Part shown: positions 1-12,008 of the stretch, one piece after another
How the letters are laid out: each line of letters opens with the position of its first letter
Numbering within the stretch: the first letter of the stretch is position 1
Notes under the pieces: model-generated
Told to the model about the DNA's origin: nothing
What the model saw: the letters and a program-made list of their open reading frames with translations, nothing else
The model's database searches: none
Made by a program: the position numbers and the translations under genes
Source of the DNA: an uncultured delta proteobacterium
GTDB taxonomy: Bacteria > Myxococcota_A > Polyangia > Polyangiales > Polyangiaceae
Assembly (NCBI GenBank): GCA_963806225.1
Contig: CAWDXG010000004.1
Location: forward strand, 4,128,001 to 4,192,000
Length of the DNA stretch: 64,000 nt
Direction of reading: 5' to 3'

Positions 1-2
1 GA

Positions 3-1127
3 ATGATCTTCGGGACACCCGAGTACATGGCGCCCGAGCAGGCCGCCGGGAAGAAAGCCGACCTGCGCGTCGATGTGTACGCCACCGGCATCATTCTCTA
101 CGAGATGTTCACCGGCGCGGTGCCCTTCACGGGCGAGACCTTCATGGCCGTGCTGGCCGCGCACCTGAACAACCCGACGCCGCCGATGACGACGGTGTGC
201 CCGGACCTGCAGGTCTCGGTCGAGATGCAGCACGTTATCGTGCGCGCCCTGCTCAAGAATCCGGACGAGCGCTTCCAGTCGATGGGCGAGCTCGCGGCCG
301 CGATCCTCGCCACGCCCGAGGGCGCCACCGTGGGACGCCACGGCTCGATACCGGACGCACCGGCCCAGCAATTCATCTCGGCGGGCAACGCGATGGCGCC
401 CGCCCAGGTCTCGAGCGGCACGCCCACCTCGGCGCAGTTCGGCGGAGGCGCCGCCGCGCACGCGGGCACCGCGGCGCAGTTCCCTGGCTCCGGTCCCGGC
501 CTCGCCGGCGCGGAATCCGAGCCGCTCCCGCTCCAGCACCGGACCAGTGGCGCCCCGGCACAGACGCGCCTCGACGCCTCCGGGTCGGTGCCGGGCGTCC
601 CCACGCGCCGCTCGCGGATCGGCCTGATCCTCACGCTGCTCGTGCTCGGCGGCGGCGGCGTTGCGGCTGCCCTGGTCTTCATCAAGCCGCGCCTGGTACC
701 CGCGCCGCCTCCCGCCGTGGCGGACAGCGCAGCACCGGTCGCGGCAAGCAGTCCGCCGCCCCAGGCATCCGCCGCCCCCGCCGCCCCCACTGCCGCAGCA
801 CCGGCGGCCAGTCGATCGGCAAGTCCCGCGGCCACCGCCATCCATCTGCACGTCCAGACGACACCGGCCGGCGCCGTGGTGAAGAAGGACGGCTTCCAGG
901 TGTGCGACAAGACGCCTTGCGAAGTCGACGCACACCCCGACGAGACGCTCGAGCTCGAGGCGTCGAAGGGCGTCCTGCACGGCAAGGCCAAGGTCCTCGC
1001 ACAGCGCGATCAGACGGTGGAGATCAAGCTCATCGCCCCGGCAGCCCCGCGCCCGCACCAGCCGAAAACCCCGAAGATGTGCGAGGTGATGGTGGACGGG
1101 CTCAAGATCCTGCGACCCTGCAAGTAG
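3..1127 (+). CDS. Ser/Thr protein kinase (5'-partial), with TM helix and PEGA-like C-terminal domain
   Basis: GTPEYMAPEQ and DVYATGIILYEM kinase subdomains VIII-IX; hydrophobic helix IGLILTLLVL...; Pro/Ala linker; HVQTTPAGAVV PEGA-like motif. Confidence 0.9.
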   Translation: MIFGTPEYMAPEQAAGKKADLRVDVYATGIILYEMFTGAVPFTGETFMAVLAAHLNNPTPPMTTVCPDLQVSVEMQHVIVRALLKNPDERFQSMGELAAAILATPEGATVGRHGSIPDAPAQQFISAGNAMAPAQVSSGTPTSAQFGGGAAAHAGTAAQFPGSGPGLAGAESEPLPLQHRTSGAPAQTRLDASGSVPGVPTRRSRIGLILTLLVLGGGGVAAALVFIKPRLVPAPPPAVADSAAPVAASSPPPQASAAPAAPTAAAPAASRSASPAATAIHLHVQTTPAGAVVKKDGFQVCDKTPCEVDAHPDETLELEASKGVLHGKAKVLAQRDQTVEIKLIAPAAPRPHQPKTPKMCEVMVDGLKILRPCK

Positions 1128-1251
1128 CTGCCTCGCCGACCGGCGCGGGGTCGTTTGTCTCCCACCCGGGCTTGACCTGGAGAACGCCGCGCGGATAGGA
1201 AACATGCGCGGGTTGGGCGCACGAAAGCGTGCGGGAGAACGGAAGCAGGGA

Positions 1252-3147
1252 ATGCGGGAGTCCTGGAAGTCGCGCTTCGGGCTGATCCTGGCGGCAGCCG
1301 GCAACGCCGTGGGCATCGGAAACCTGCTCAGGTTTCCCGGGCAGGCCGCGAAGAACGGCGGCGGCGCGTTCATCCTGCCGTACCTGATCTCGCTGGTGAT
1401 CTTCGGGCTGCCGATGATGTGGATCGCCTGGACCATCGGGCGGCTCGGCGGACGGCACGGCCACGGCACCACGCCCGGCATCTTCGACAAGATGACGAGC
1501 TGGAAGGGCGCGAAGTACCTCGGCGCGCTCGGCGTCGCGATCCCGCTCGTGTTCTGCTTCTACTACACGTACCTCGAAGCGTGGTGCCTCGGCTACGCGT
1601 GGTTCTCGTTCCACGGCACGTACGAGCACGCGCACCTGACGACGTTCCTCTACGAATTCCAGGGCGTCATGTCGAGCGGCAACTACTTCTCGTCGGTCAG
1701 CGTCGCCTTCGGCTTCCTGCTCATCACGGTCGCGCTCAACGTGTGGGTGCTGTACCGCGGCGTCGCCGGCGGCATCGAGCTGCTCGCCAAGATCGCGATG
1801 CCGCTGCTCCTCGTCTTCTGCCTCTTGATGTGCATCCGGATCTTCACGCTGCCGGATGCCAAGGGATCGGTCAGCGACGGGCTCGCCTTCCTCTGGAATC
1901 CGAACTTCTCCGCGCTCCTCAAACCGGACGTGTGGCTGGCTGCCGCGGGGCAGATCTTCTTCACACTCAGTATCGGGTTCGGCGCCCTGGAGTGCTACGC
2001 GAGCTATCTCGGCAAGGACGACAACGTCGCCGTCAGCGGCCTCACCACTGCGGCCACCAACGAATTCGTCGAGATCATCTTCGGCAGCATGATCGCCATT
2101 CCGGCGGCAGCGGTGTTCTTCGGCGCGGCCGCCATCCCGACGGTCGCCTCCAAGGGCACCTTCGACATCGGCATGGTGAGCATGCCGGAGATCCTCCGCT
2201 CCACAGGTTCGTCGCACATCTTCGGCACGATCTGGTTTTTGCTGCTGTTCTTCGCAGCGTTCACCTCGTCGGTCGGCGTGTGCCAGCCGGTGATGGCCTT
2301 CTTCCAGGACGAGGCGAAGCTCGGCCGCGGTACATCGGCGGCGCTGGTCGGCATGTTCTGGCTCCTGGGCAGCATCCCGGTGGTGTTCTTCCTCAAGTAC
2401 GGCTTCCTCGACGAGCTGGACTTCTGGGCCGGCACCCTGGGGCTCGTGCTGTTCAGCGCGATCGAAGCAGTGCTGTTCTCCTGGGTGTTCGGCATCGGCA
2501 AGGGCTGGGACGAGCTGCACCGCGGCGCACTCATGAAGGTGCCGCGGATCTTCCGCTTCATGATGCGCTACGTCACCCCCATCGCGTTGATGTTGATACT
2601 AGGGGGGTGGGTCTACAACGACGTCATCGTCGGCGGGAAGCTGACCCCCAAGCCCCAGCTCGTCACGTCCATCCTCGGCGAGCAGCAGATCAAGGGCGAG
2701 TTCGAATCGGCGGGAGCCAAGCCGAAGGACAAGAAGGCGCACGCTCAGGCGGAGGGCGCGCTGATGGGCGCGATCACCAACGCCGGACGCGATCTCAAGG
2801 CCTGGGCGACGATAACGGTCGACGAGAAGGGCGCCGTCAGCGTCACCAAGCTCGACGGCGACCCGCTGTTCGTCAAGGCGATGCCCGCCGACGAGCTCGC
2901 GAAGATGCTGGAGCTGCAGCGCTTCCACTACACCGAAGACGGCGACCCCCACGCGGGACACTGCCAGATGGTGATCGAGGGGCTGTACACCACTCCGTAC
3001 ATCTGGCTCGCCCGAGGGCTCATCCTGGGTCTGGTCGCCCTGTTCGTGATCATGGTGCGCGTGATCTGGAAGGCCCGTGAAGAGAAGGAGTTGGACGGCG
3101 AAGTCGCCGAGGTCGGCGGCGTGAAGGTGGAGGAAGAAGCGACATGA
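1252..3147 (+). CDS. Sodium-dependent transporter (NSS/SNF family)
   Basis: RESWKSRFGLILAAAGNAVGIGNLLRFP, GGGAF and AAGQIFFTLSIG signatures; multiple TM helices. Confidence 0.93.
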   Translation: MRESWKSRFGLILAAAGNAVGIGNLLRFPGQAAKNGGGAFILPYLISLVIFGLPMMWIAWTIGRLGGRHGHGTTPGIFDKMTSWKGAKYLGALGVAIPLVFCFYYTYLEAWCLGYAWFSFHGTYEHAHLTTFLYEFQGVMSSGNYFSSVSVAFGFLLITVALNVWVLYRGVAGGIELLAKIAMPLLLVFCLLMCIRIFTLPDAKGSVSDGLAFLWNPNFSALLKPDVWLAAAGQIFFTLSIGFGALECYASYLGKDDNVAVSGLTTAATNEFVEIIFGSMIAIPAAAVFFGAAAIPTVASKGTFDIGMVSMPEILRSTGSSHIFGTIWFLLLFFAAFTSSVGVCQPVMAFFQDEAKLGRGTSAALVGMFWLLGSIPVVFFLKYGFLDELDFWAGTLGLVLFSAIEAVLFSWVFGIGKGWDELHRGALMKVPRIFRFMMRYVTPIALMLILGGWVYNDVIVGGKLTPKPQLVTSILGEQQIKGEFESAGAKPKDKKAHAQAEGALMGAITNAGRDLKAWATITVDEKGAVSVTKLDGDPLFVKAMPADELAKMLELQRFHYTEDGDPHAGHCQMVIEGLYTTPYIWLARGLILGLVALFVIMVRVIWKAREEKELDGEVAEVGGVKVEEEAT

Positions 3148-3239
3148 CAACCGGTGGCTGGGTCATGATGCTGACCACCTGGGGCGTGGTCATCCTCGTC
3201 AACGTCTTCTGCATCCTCAGACTGCTCGGCAAGCGCTAG
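3144..3239 (+). CDS. Small single-TM protein (31 aa), probable MetS-like NSS transporter small subunit
   Basis: My translation: MTTGGWVMMLTTWGVVILVNVFCILRLLGKR*; ATGA overlap with the NSS stop; GGAGG upstream; absent from the ORF track. Confidence 0.75.
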   Translation: MTTGGWVMMLTTWGVVILVNVFCILRLLGKR

Positions 3240-3267
3240 CCGCGCCTCTGTCGTCGGGCCGACCAAC

Positions 3268-4977
3268 TTGCGCCAGCTCTGGCTGAACCATAGGGGAAGG
3301 ATCATCGCCGGGGCGGTGGGCCTTGTGCTGCTGGCGCTGCTTCCATTGGTGCCGGGCACCACCACGCCCGCGGGGCGGCACTACGACTGGACAGCGCTGC
3401 TTCCACCGCTGGTCGCGATCTTCCTCGCCCTCACCACGCGCCGACTGCTCGTCTCGCTGGGCGGCGGTGTGCTCGCGGGCGCGCTCCTCCACCACGGGCT
3501 CGCCCTGGGCGTGCCCTACGGCGTGCGCGACTACCTGTGGAACAACGCGCTGGAGAGCTCGCATCTCTACATCATCGGATTCACGCTGGCGCTGCTGGGC
3601 ATGGTGCAGGTCACGGCGAGGTCCGGCGGAGCACGCGGCATCGTCGAGTCCGTCGCCCGCTGGGTCGGCTCGGCGCGATCCACCAAGCTTGGCACGGCGA
3701 TCATGGGCGTGCTCGTGTTCTTCGACGACTACGCCAACTGCATGCTGGTCGGACCGACCATGCGTCCGCTTTCCGATCGCTGGCGGGTCTCGCGCGAGAA
3801 GCTGGCCTACCTGGTCGACTCCACGGCCGCGCCGATCGCCGGGCTGGTGCTCATTTCCACATGGATTGGCTACGAGACAGGCCTGCTCGGCGACGTGGCA
3901 CGCGACCTCGGCGTGCACCAGAGCGGCTACGCGCTCCTGTTCACGGCGCTGCCCTATCGCTTCTACTGCGTCTTCACCATCTGCTTCGTGTTCATATCCT
4001 CGGCGTCCGACCGCGACTTCGGACCCATGCTGGAGGCCGAACGCCGAGCCCGCTTCGAAGGAAAGCCCACCCGCGACGGCGCCCGGCCGCTGGGGCAGGT
4101 CGACACGCGCTACGCCGAGCCACCGCCCGGCAAGCCGCGGCGCTGGATCAACGCGGCACTGCCCCTGGTCACGGTGATCGTAGGGACGCTCGGCGGCTTG
4201 ATCGTCGACGGGGGCGGTGGCGCCCGGCTCCGCGCGCACCCGTTTTCGCTGCTGTCGTTCGGCTTCTGGCAAGACACCCTGGGCGCGAGCGAGAACAACG
4301 TCGCCGTGCTCTTCTACGCCGCGCTTGCTGGCGCCGCGGTGGCGGTGCTCCTGCCGCTCGTGCAGCGCATCCTCACGCCCACCGAAGCGCTGGGTGCCTT
4401 CCTGGGCGGCGTGCGCGCAGCGCTGTATGCCGTGGTCGTGCTGATCCTGGCATGGGGGCTCGCCGCGGTGTGCAAGGATCTCGGTACGGGACCGGTGCTC
4501 GTCGCTGCGATCGGCCGCTCCATACCGCCCGTGGCTGTGCCGATGGTAACGTTCCTGGCGGCCGCCGCGGTCGCCTTCGCGACCGGCACCTCGTGGGGCA
4601 CGATGGCGATCCTGATCCCGACGGCGGTACCCCTGGCGCATCACGTCGGCGGCCAGCCGCTGATGTTGATCAGCATGGCCGCAGTGCTCGACGGGTCGAT
4701 CTTCGGCGATCACTGTTCGCCGATCAGCGACACCACGCTCATGTCGAGCATCGCATCCGGCAGCGATCACCTCGACCACGTGTACACGCAGTTGCCGTAC
4801 GCCGTCTCCGCGATGCTGATCGCGCTCTTCGCCGGATATCTTCCTGCTGCGCTCGGAGCCCCGGCGCCGCTATCCTACGGGCTCGGCATCGTAGCCACGT
4901 TCTGTCTCATCTACCTCCTCGGCCGTCGCCTCGGCGACGCACCACCCGCGGCCGTCGCCGACCCGCCCTCCAGCTAG
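3268..4977 (+). CDS. Na+/H+ antiporter NhaC-family protein
   Basis: FFDDYAN, SREKLAYLVDSTAAP, ATGTSWGT and GDHCSPISDTT motifs. Confidence 0.9.
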   Translation: MRQLWLNHRGRIIAGAVGLVLLALLPLVPGTTTPAGRHYDWTALLPPLVAIFLALTTRRLLVSLGGGVLAGALLHHGLALGVPYGVRDYLWNNALESSHLYIIGFTLALLGMVQVTARSGGARGIVESVARWVGSARSTKLGTAIMGVLVFFDDYANCMLVGPTMRPLSDRWRVSREKLAYLVDSTAAPIAGLVLISTWIGYETGLLGDVARDLGVHQSGYALLFTALPYRFYCVFTICFVFISSASDRDFGPMLEAERRARFEGKPTRDGARPLGQVDTRYAEPPPGKPRRWINAALPLVTVIVGTLGGLIVDGGGGARLRAHPFSLLSFGFWQDTLGASENNVAVLFYAALAGAAVAVLLPLVQRILTPTEALGAFLGGVRAALYAVVVLILAWGLAAVCKDLGTGPVLVAAIGRSIPPVAVPMVTFLAAAAVAFATGTSWGTMAILIPTAVPLAHHVGGQPLMLISMAAVLDGSIFGDHCSPISDTTLMSSIASGSDHLDHVYTQLPYAVSAMLIALFAGYLPAALGAPAPLSYGLGIVATFCLIYLLGRRLGDAPPAAVADPPSS

Positions 4978-4981
4978 GCCA

Positions 4982-6211
4982 GTGTCCCAGCCTTCCCCGG
5001 CCATTCCGCTCGGCAACCGCCGACGCTTCACCTTCCAGGGCAACCTCCGGGACACCCGTCACGGTTGGCTCAGGCTGACCCCCGCCTATTCCGTGCATCT
5101 GGTACGCGAGCGGCTGGCAGAGCTCGAACCGGATCGCATGCCGGTGCTGGACCCGTTCTCCGGCACCGGGACCACGCTCCTGGCCTGTGCCGAGCAGGGG
5201 CTGCCGGGCGACGCAGTCGATCTGAATCCGTTTCTGGTCTGGCTCGCGCGCGCCAAGCTCGCACGCTACCCGGCGCCGGCACGCGAGAAGGCGCGAAAGC
5301 TCGTCGCGCGGATGGTTCGCGCGGCGCTGGGCCGGAGCCCGGCAGAGCCATGGCTCCCGCCGCTCCACCGGATCGACCGCTGGTGGGAGCCGGAAACGCT
5401 GGCTGCACTCGGACGGGCCTTCGCCGCCCTGGGCGAGGCGGTCGCGCCGCCCCGCGCGCGCGACCTGGCCCGCGTCGCGTTCTGCCGCGCGCTCATCGAC
5501 TGCGCCAACGTCAGCTTCGGGCACCAATCCATGTCGTTCAAACGCGGCGACGCCGCAGCCGACGGCAAGAAACGCGTCGCCCTCGCCCTCGAGCGCGCGC
5601 TCGAGTCGGTGCTGCCGGCGGCGGCCGAGCCGCTGGGACGCGGCCCGCGCCGCGTGGTGCTCGGCGACTCGCGGCGCCTCGACAAGGCGCTGCCCAGGCG
5701 GCGCTACGGCGCCGTCATCACGTCGCCGCCCTACCCGAACCGCATGAGCTACATCCGCGAGCTCCGGCCCTACATGTACTGGCTCGGCTACCTGGAAGAC
5801 CGCTCGAGCGCGGGCGAGCTCGACTGGCAGGCGATCGGCGGAACCTGGGGCGCGGCGACCAGCCGTCTTTCCACCTGGAAGCCCACGCACTCACGCCGGG
5901 AGTTGCCGGAGCTCGAGCGCATCGCGGCGGAAATCGCGGAGCAGAGCCCGCTGCTCGCAGCCTACGTCCGGAAATACTTCTTCGACATGGCGGGCCATGT
6001 CGAACGCCTGGTGCCGCGACTGGCTCGGGGCGGCACGCTCGCCTACGTCGTCGGCAACTCGAAGTTCTACGACACGCTGCTGCCCGTCGAGCAGCTGTTC
6101 GCGACCCTGTTCGAGCGCGCGGGCCTGGTGGACGTCGACATCGAGGTATTGCGCAAGCGCACCTCGAAGCGCGAGCTCTTCGAATACTGCGTCACAGCGC
6201 GCAGGCCATGA
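4982..6211 (+). CDS. DNA amino-methyltransferase (probably N4-C, alpha motif order), apparently orphan
   Basis: Motif I VLDPFSGTGTT followed later by catalytic ITSPPY. Confidence 0.8.
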   Translation: MSQPSPAIPLGNRRRFTFQGNLRDTRHGWLRLTPAYSVHLVRERLAELEPDRMPVLDPFSGTGTTLLACAEQGLPGDAVDLNPFLVWLARAKLARYPAPAREKARKLVARMVRAALGRSPAEPWLPPLHRIDRWWEPETLAALGRAFAALGEAVAPPRARDLARVAFCRALIDCANVSFGHQSMSFKRGDAAADGKKRVALALERALESVLPAAAEPLGRGPRRVVLGDSRRLDKALPRRRYGAVITSPPYPNRMSYIRELRPYMYWLGYLEDRSSAGELDWQAIGGTWGAATSRLSTWKPTHSRRELPELERIAAEIAEQSPLLAAYVRKYFFDMAGHVERLVPRLARGGTLAYVVGNSKFYDTLLPVEQLFATLFERAGLVDVDIEVLRKRTSKRELFEYCVTARRP

Positions 6212-6246
6212 ACAGCAGCGCCAGGCGCCGGACGCACGGATCGACT

Positions 6247-7002
6247 CTACGCCGCTTGCGCGATGATCCCGAACGCGGCAACGCCGAGACGACGGAGCTC
6301 GCGGCGCAGCTTCTTGACGGCGTCGGGAGGCGCGCCGAGGGACGCGGCGAGCAGCTCGGCGCCCCAGCCGTCGAGGGTGCTCGTGCCGCAGGCGGAAAGG
6401 TCGTCGCTCTCGCCTCTGAGCACGTGGCTCCATGCGCCCGAAGTGGCGGCGCACGCGGCGCTGGCGACGAGGCCGGCGTCGCGGACCTCCGCGAAGCCAC
6501 GCGAGACCAGCGCCTCGACCACTTCCGGCGCGAGCCCGTCGCTGGCAAGCGTGCCTCGCTCGAGAAAGCCCGGAAGCCCGGCCGCGATGCGCGACGCCCC
6601 CGCGTCCATGGCGACACGGACGAGCGCCGCGACGAAAACGGCGAACAGGTCCTCGGGTGGCTCCGCCGCCGCGGACGCCTGCTCCGCCCGCGCGGGCTCT
6701 GGAGCCGCGGCTTCCTCGACGAGCTCGGCGGCCAGCTCGACCGGCGCCGCCTCGGCCTGTTCGGCGAGCGCGGGCTGCTCGGCGAGCTCTATGTCGATAT
6801 CGATGTCGAGCAGCCCGTCGTCACCCTCGTCGGGCAGATCGAACTCGGCTTCGGCCGGTTCGGGCGGCGGCTCGCTGCGGGGCACAGCCCGCAGCAGCAA
6901 CTGCGCGCGCGCACACGGCCGGCTCACGACCCACAACGCTCCGTCGTGAAGGTCCGGATTGTCGTTCGGAAACTCGGCAGAAGCCGTACGGCGGTGTTCC
7001 AC
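6247..7002 (-). CDS. Hypothetical protein with acidic linker
   Basis: 251-aa ORF filling the gap, convergent with the MTase. Confidence 0.6.
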   Translation of the reverse strand: MEHRRTASAEFPNDNPDLHDGALWVVSRPCARAQLLLRAVPRSEPPPEPAEAEFDLPDEGDDGLLDIDIDIELAEQPALAEQAEAAPVELAAELVEEAAAPEPARAEQASAAAEPPEDLFAVFVAALVRVAMDAGASRIAAGLPGFLERGTLASDGLAPEVVEALVSRGFAEVRDAGLVASAACAATSGAWSHVLRGESDDLSACGTSTLDGWGAELLAASLGAPPDAVKKLRRELRRLGVAAFGIIAQAA

Positions 7003-7072
7003 GGATCGGTGCCTCCACCGATCCCGTATCCGTCGTCCAGCCGAACGGCCAAGAAAGCCGCGGGAAACGCTG

Positions 7073-7519
7073 CTACTGCGCGTTCGCCACGATGCTTGCG
7101 GCGTTGGCCGCAGTAGCCCCGCTGCTGGGAAGCTTTACGCCCTTTCCAGCGAGAATGTAGTTGGTGACAGCCCAGTACTGCGCGTCGCTCAGGGTTCCTG
7201 CGTGGCTCTTCGGCAGAGGCATTTGCGCCTTCACGTAGCCAAAAACGTCCTGCGCCGTAGCGAACGGCCCGGAGTCGCCGTCGTGGCCGTGCAGGGGTAG
7301 GCCCTTCGGCCCCATCAAGGGCGGCGCGTGCGGCCCACCGCCTCCGTTCTTGCCATGGCAGTCGGCGCACTGGCTTCCGTACACGTCCGCGCCCTCGGGC
7401 GCCTGCTGCCGCGCGGAAGCCAGCTGGGGACCGGACGCGCCCATACCGCCCGCACAGCCCGCGACCACCAGACCGACCACCAGCGCGGCCCAGCGCACTG
7501 CTTCCCGACCGAAATACAT
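7073..7519 (-). CDS. Monoheme c-type cytochrome lipoprotein
   Basis: Lipobox VVAGC; GADVYGSQCADCHG heme motif; distal MP. Confidence 0.85.
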   Translation of the reverse strand: MYFGREAVRWAALVVGLVVAGCAGGMGASGPQLASARQQAPEGADVYGSQCADCHGKNGGGGPHAPPLMGPKGLPLHGHDGDSGPFATAQDVFGYVKAQMPLPKSHAGTLSDAQYWAVTNYILAGKGVKLPSSGATAANAASIVANAQ

Positions 7520-7637
7520 GCTGTTGCTCCTTTGTCCGGGTGGCCATCTGGGGCAAGCAGCCCGCGGATGTCAAATCCCGGCCCCGCCGATGGCGGGAAG
7601 ACCGGCCTCCATCGCGCGGGCAGGGTATCCTCCCGGC

Positions 7638-8228
7638 ATGCGCTCGATGGCCGCCCGCGTCCACGCCTCTTCGCTCTGCCGGCAGCGCCGCAGACGCCCA
7701 GCCCTGGCCCTGCTGCTGATCGCCGTGGCGTTCGCGAGCGTCGCCTGCTCCGCAACCCCGCCCCCGAGGTGGCAGGAAGGCGGCGCGCCGCTCTTGATCG
7801 CGCCGGCACGCTGGGATCGCCAAAACGGCGATCACGTCCAGATCAACGCGAACGGCCAGGTACTCGAGAACGGGGATCCCGTGCTGTTCATCGACCGCGC
7901 CGGACGCGTCACCGACGAGAGCTACGAGCCGGTCGCGATCCTGCTTCCCGACGGCTATGTCGCCGGCACCGACAACCGCCTGCTCGGGCGGGTGGGCGTG
8001 ACCAACGCGGCTCCGCCCGGGTCGGCCACGGCATGGGTTTCCATCCTGCCCAACGGACAGGTGATGCGGTTCGATGCGGACGGCGATCGCGAAAACGCCG
8101 GCGTTTGGCACGGCTGCAACGGCCCCCAGATGCGCACCTGCACGCTGGTCACCCACATCCTGCTGGTGCAGTCGTACGCGAACCGACCCAACCCCTCCGT
8201 AGGCGTGGGCATCGGCATCGGGCTCTGA
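7638..8228 (+). CDS. Hypothetical lipoprotein
   Basis: Signal peptide ending ASVAC; beta-rich mature domain; start uncertain. Confidence 0.65.
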   Translation: MRSMAARVHASSLCRQRRRRPALALLLIAVAFASVACSATPPPRWQEGGAPLLIAPARWDRQNGDHVQINANGQVLENGDPVLFIDRAGRVTDESYEPVAILLPDGYVAGTDNRLLGRVGVTNAAPPGSATAWVSILPNGQVMRFDADGDRENAGVWHGCNGPQMRTCTLVTHILLVQSYANRPNPSVGVGIGIGL

Positions 8229-8306
8229 TTCCGGCGTCCGGCTCCGCGCTCCGGGTGTCGACGGCCTCACGATGTCGCGCTATTAGCCAGCGTTCACGGA
8301 GGAGAC

Positions 8307-9612
<1,306 letters not shown>

Positions 9613-9628
9613 GGGCTGCTCGGCTCGC

Positions 9629-11923
9629 CTATCGCTTGCGGCGCGGGGGCTTCTTCCGCCGCGTGCCCGTCGTCGTGGGGTGCTTGTCGCCGCGTGCCTT
9701 TCGCACGGGAGGCGGCGCGCCGCGGCCGCCCTTGCTGCGTCCGCGCCCTCGGGCGCGCTCCGCGCTCTGCTCGACCACACGCTTGGGCGGGACGCGCCGC
9801 GCGTAGACCTGGCGCCGCAGGATCGCCACGTCCTCGATGCCCACCACGACGCGATCGCCGATCGTGACCGAGTCGCCGGAGCGAACCCCGACGGCGCTGA
9901 TCTCGTCCTCGCCCATCTCGTAGTAGTCCGGACCCATGGCCTCGTAGCGCACCAGTACGTCCACGAACGGGTGGTCGAGCGTCACGAACATGCCGCTACC
10001 GACGATGGCCGTCACCGTCCCCTCGAACACGTCGCCAATGCGATCGCGCATGAGGAGCGTCCGGTACAGGTCGACGACCTCTCGCTCGACGGCGATGGCG
10101 GAGCGCTCGCGAACACTCGACGCCGTCGCACTCGCGCGCAGCGTCTCGATGCCGGAGGCACTGGTGTCCGGCTTGCCGCCCCGGAGCAGGTGCTTCACCG
10201 CACGGTGCACCTGGATGTCCGGATAGCGGCGGATCGGCGAAGTGAAATGCAGGTACGCGTCCGAGGCCAGACCGAAATGCCCGATGTTGACGATATCGTA
10301 GACGGCCTGCTTCAGCGAACGGAGCAGGAGCATCTCGAGCACGAACTTCTTCGGGTGATCCTCGATCCGCCTGAGCCAGCGCGACACGCCGTTCGGCTCG
10401 AGCATCTCGTTCAGATCGAACTCGACGCCCATCTTCTGGGCGACCTCGCCCAACCTTTCGAGCTTCTTCTCGTCGGGCTTGCCGTGCACGCGGTAGATGG
10501 CGGGCGCCCGACGCTGGCTGAGCCATTCCGCCACCAGCTCGTTGGCCAGCAGCATCAGCTCCTCCACCATGTGATAGGCGCGCTTGATGCCCTCGTCTTC
10601 GGCTCGGCGCTGCACGTCGACCGGCGCACCCGTCTGCGCGTCGATGTACACGCGAGGCTCCGGAAGATCGAGATCCAGCGCACCGCGCTTCATGCGCGCG
10701 CGACGCAGTTTGCGGGTCAGCTCGTCGATCACCTTGAGGTCGCGCTTGAACCCCTCGGCCTGTGCGCTCTTCGGCGGCGTGTCGGTGAAACCCAACGCGC
10801 GCGCAACGCCGCCGTAGGTGAGCATCGCCGCCGAGCGCATCACGCCTTCCACGACGTCGAAGCGCGACACCTTGCCGCGCTTGTCCAGATCCGCGATCAC
10901 GCACAGGCACAGGCGATCACGATCCGGCAGGAGCGAGCAGAGATCCGCCGCAAGGGCCGCCGGCAGCATCGGAAGAGCGCGATCCGGCAGGTAGATGGTG
11001 CAGCCACGTGCCAGCGCTTCCTCGTCCAGCTCCGAGCCGGGCTGCACGTACTCGCTCACGTCCGCGATCGCGATCCAGGCCCGGTAGCCTTCCCCATTGC
11101 GCTCGACCCACACCGCGTCGTCGTGGTCGCGAGCGTCCTCGGGGTCGATGGTGGGCAGCGGCACCTCGCGCAGATCCGTCCGCCCCTCCAGCGACATGTG
11201 ATGGACACGCGCCGCCATCGCCTCCGCTTCGCGCACTGCCCCTTGCGGGTGATCCTCGACGATCTGCTCGCGCACCAGGATCTTGGCGACCTCGGCCTTG
11301 GGGTCGCCCGGCAGCCCCAACACCGCGACCAGCTCGCCTTCCGGGTTTTCGTCGGCGAACTTCGGAAAGCGGGTGATGGTCACCACCGCCGCCTCGCCGT
11401 CCTTGCCCTCCCGCGTGCCGCCCTCGAGCACGATCGGACCCCGCACCCGGGTGTCGTCCGGCTCCAGCCAGAAGCTCTTGCCCTTGCGCCTGAGCACGCC
11501 CGCCAGCCGCGGATTGCGTCGCTCCAGGATTTCCTCGATGCGCCCCTCCACGCCGCGGGAGGTGCGCGCGACCACCTTGATGCGGACGCGATCGCCGTGC
11601 ATGGCCGCCGCGATGCCGTCGGGGGCCACGTACACGTCGTCCTGGCCGGCTGCGGTCACGAAACCGAATCCCCGCGGATTGACGCTGAGCACGCCTTCCC
11701 AGCTGCCCCGATCCCGCTCTTCCGGCGGCTGGGCCTTGAAGCGATGGCCAGCCAGCCGGCGGATGGTTCCGTCGAAGCTCAGCTGATCCAGAAGCTCCAG
11801 CAGGCGGGGAAACGAGGCCTCTTCGACACTGCAGCGCGAGGCGATCTCCCGGGCGTGAAGTGCGCGCCGCGAGCCGGACAGGCAGCTGATGATGTCGCCC
11901 CGGGTGGGCAGAGGTTGCGTCAT
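9629..11923 (-). CDS. rnr: Ribonuclease R (RNB family)
   Basis: [13 protein letters not shown] and [12 protein letters not shown]-terminal CSD (GFGFV); C-terminal S1 and basic tail. Confidence 0.92.
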   Translation of the reverse strand: MTQPLPTRGDIISCLSGSRRALHAREIASRCSVEEASFPRLLELLDQLSFDGTIRRLAGHRFKAQPPEERDRGSWEGVLSVNPRGFGFVTAAGQDDVYVAPDGIAAAMHGDRVRIKVVARTSRGVEGRIEEILERRNPRLAGVLRRKGKSFWLEPDDTRVRGPIVLEGGTREGKDGEAAVVTITRFPKFADENPEGELVAVLGLPGDPKAEVAKILVREQIVEDHPQGAVREAEAMAARVHHMSLEGRTDLREVPLPTIDPEDARDHDDAVWVERNGEGYRAWIAIADVSEYVQPGSELDEEALARGCTIYLPDRALPMLPAALAADLCSLLPDRDRLCLCVIADLDKRGKVSRFDVVEGVMRSAAMLTYGGVARALGFTDTPPKSAQAEGFKRDLKVIDELTRKLRRARMKRGALDLDLPEPRVYIDAQTGAPVDVQRRAEDEGIKRAYHMVEELMLLANELVAEWLSQRRAPAIYRVHGKPDEKKLERLGEVAQKMGVEFDLNEMLEPNGVSRWLRRIEDHPKKFVLEMLLLRSLKQAVYDIVNIGHFGLASDAYLHFTSPIRRYPDIQVHRAVKHLLRGGKPDTSASGIETLRASATASSVRERSAIAVEREVVDLYRTLLMRDRIGDVFEGTVTAIVGSGMFVTLDHPFVDVLVRYEAMGPDYYEMGEDEISAVGVRSGDSVTIGDRVVVGIEDVAILRRQVYARRVPPKRVVEQSAERARGRGRSKGGRGAPPPVRKARGDKHPTTTGTRRKKPPRRKR

Positions 11924-12008
11924 GGCGGAGCCGGTCATACCCCAGCGGGGTCCCGGCCGTCCCCCGAAAGCTGACGCTTCCCGCGAGCCGGCATAGATTC
12001 CCCCCACC

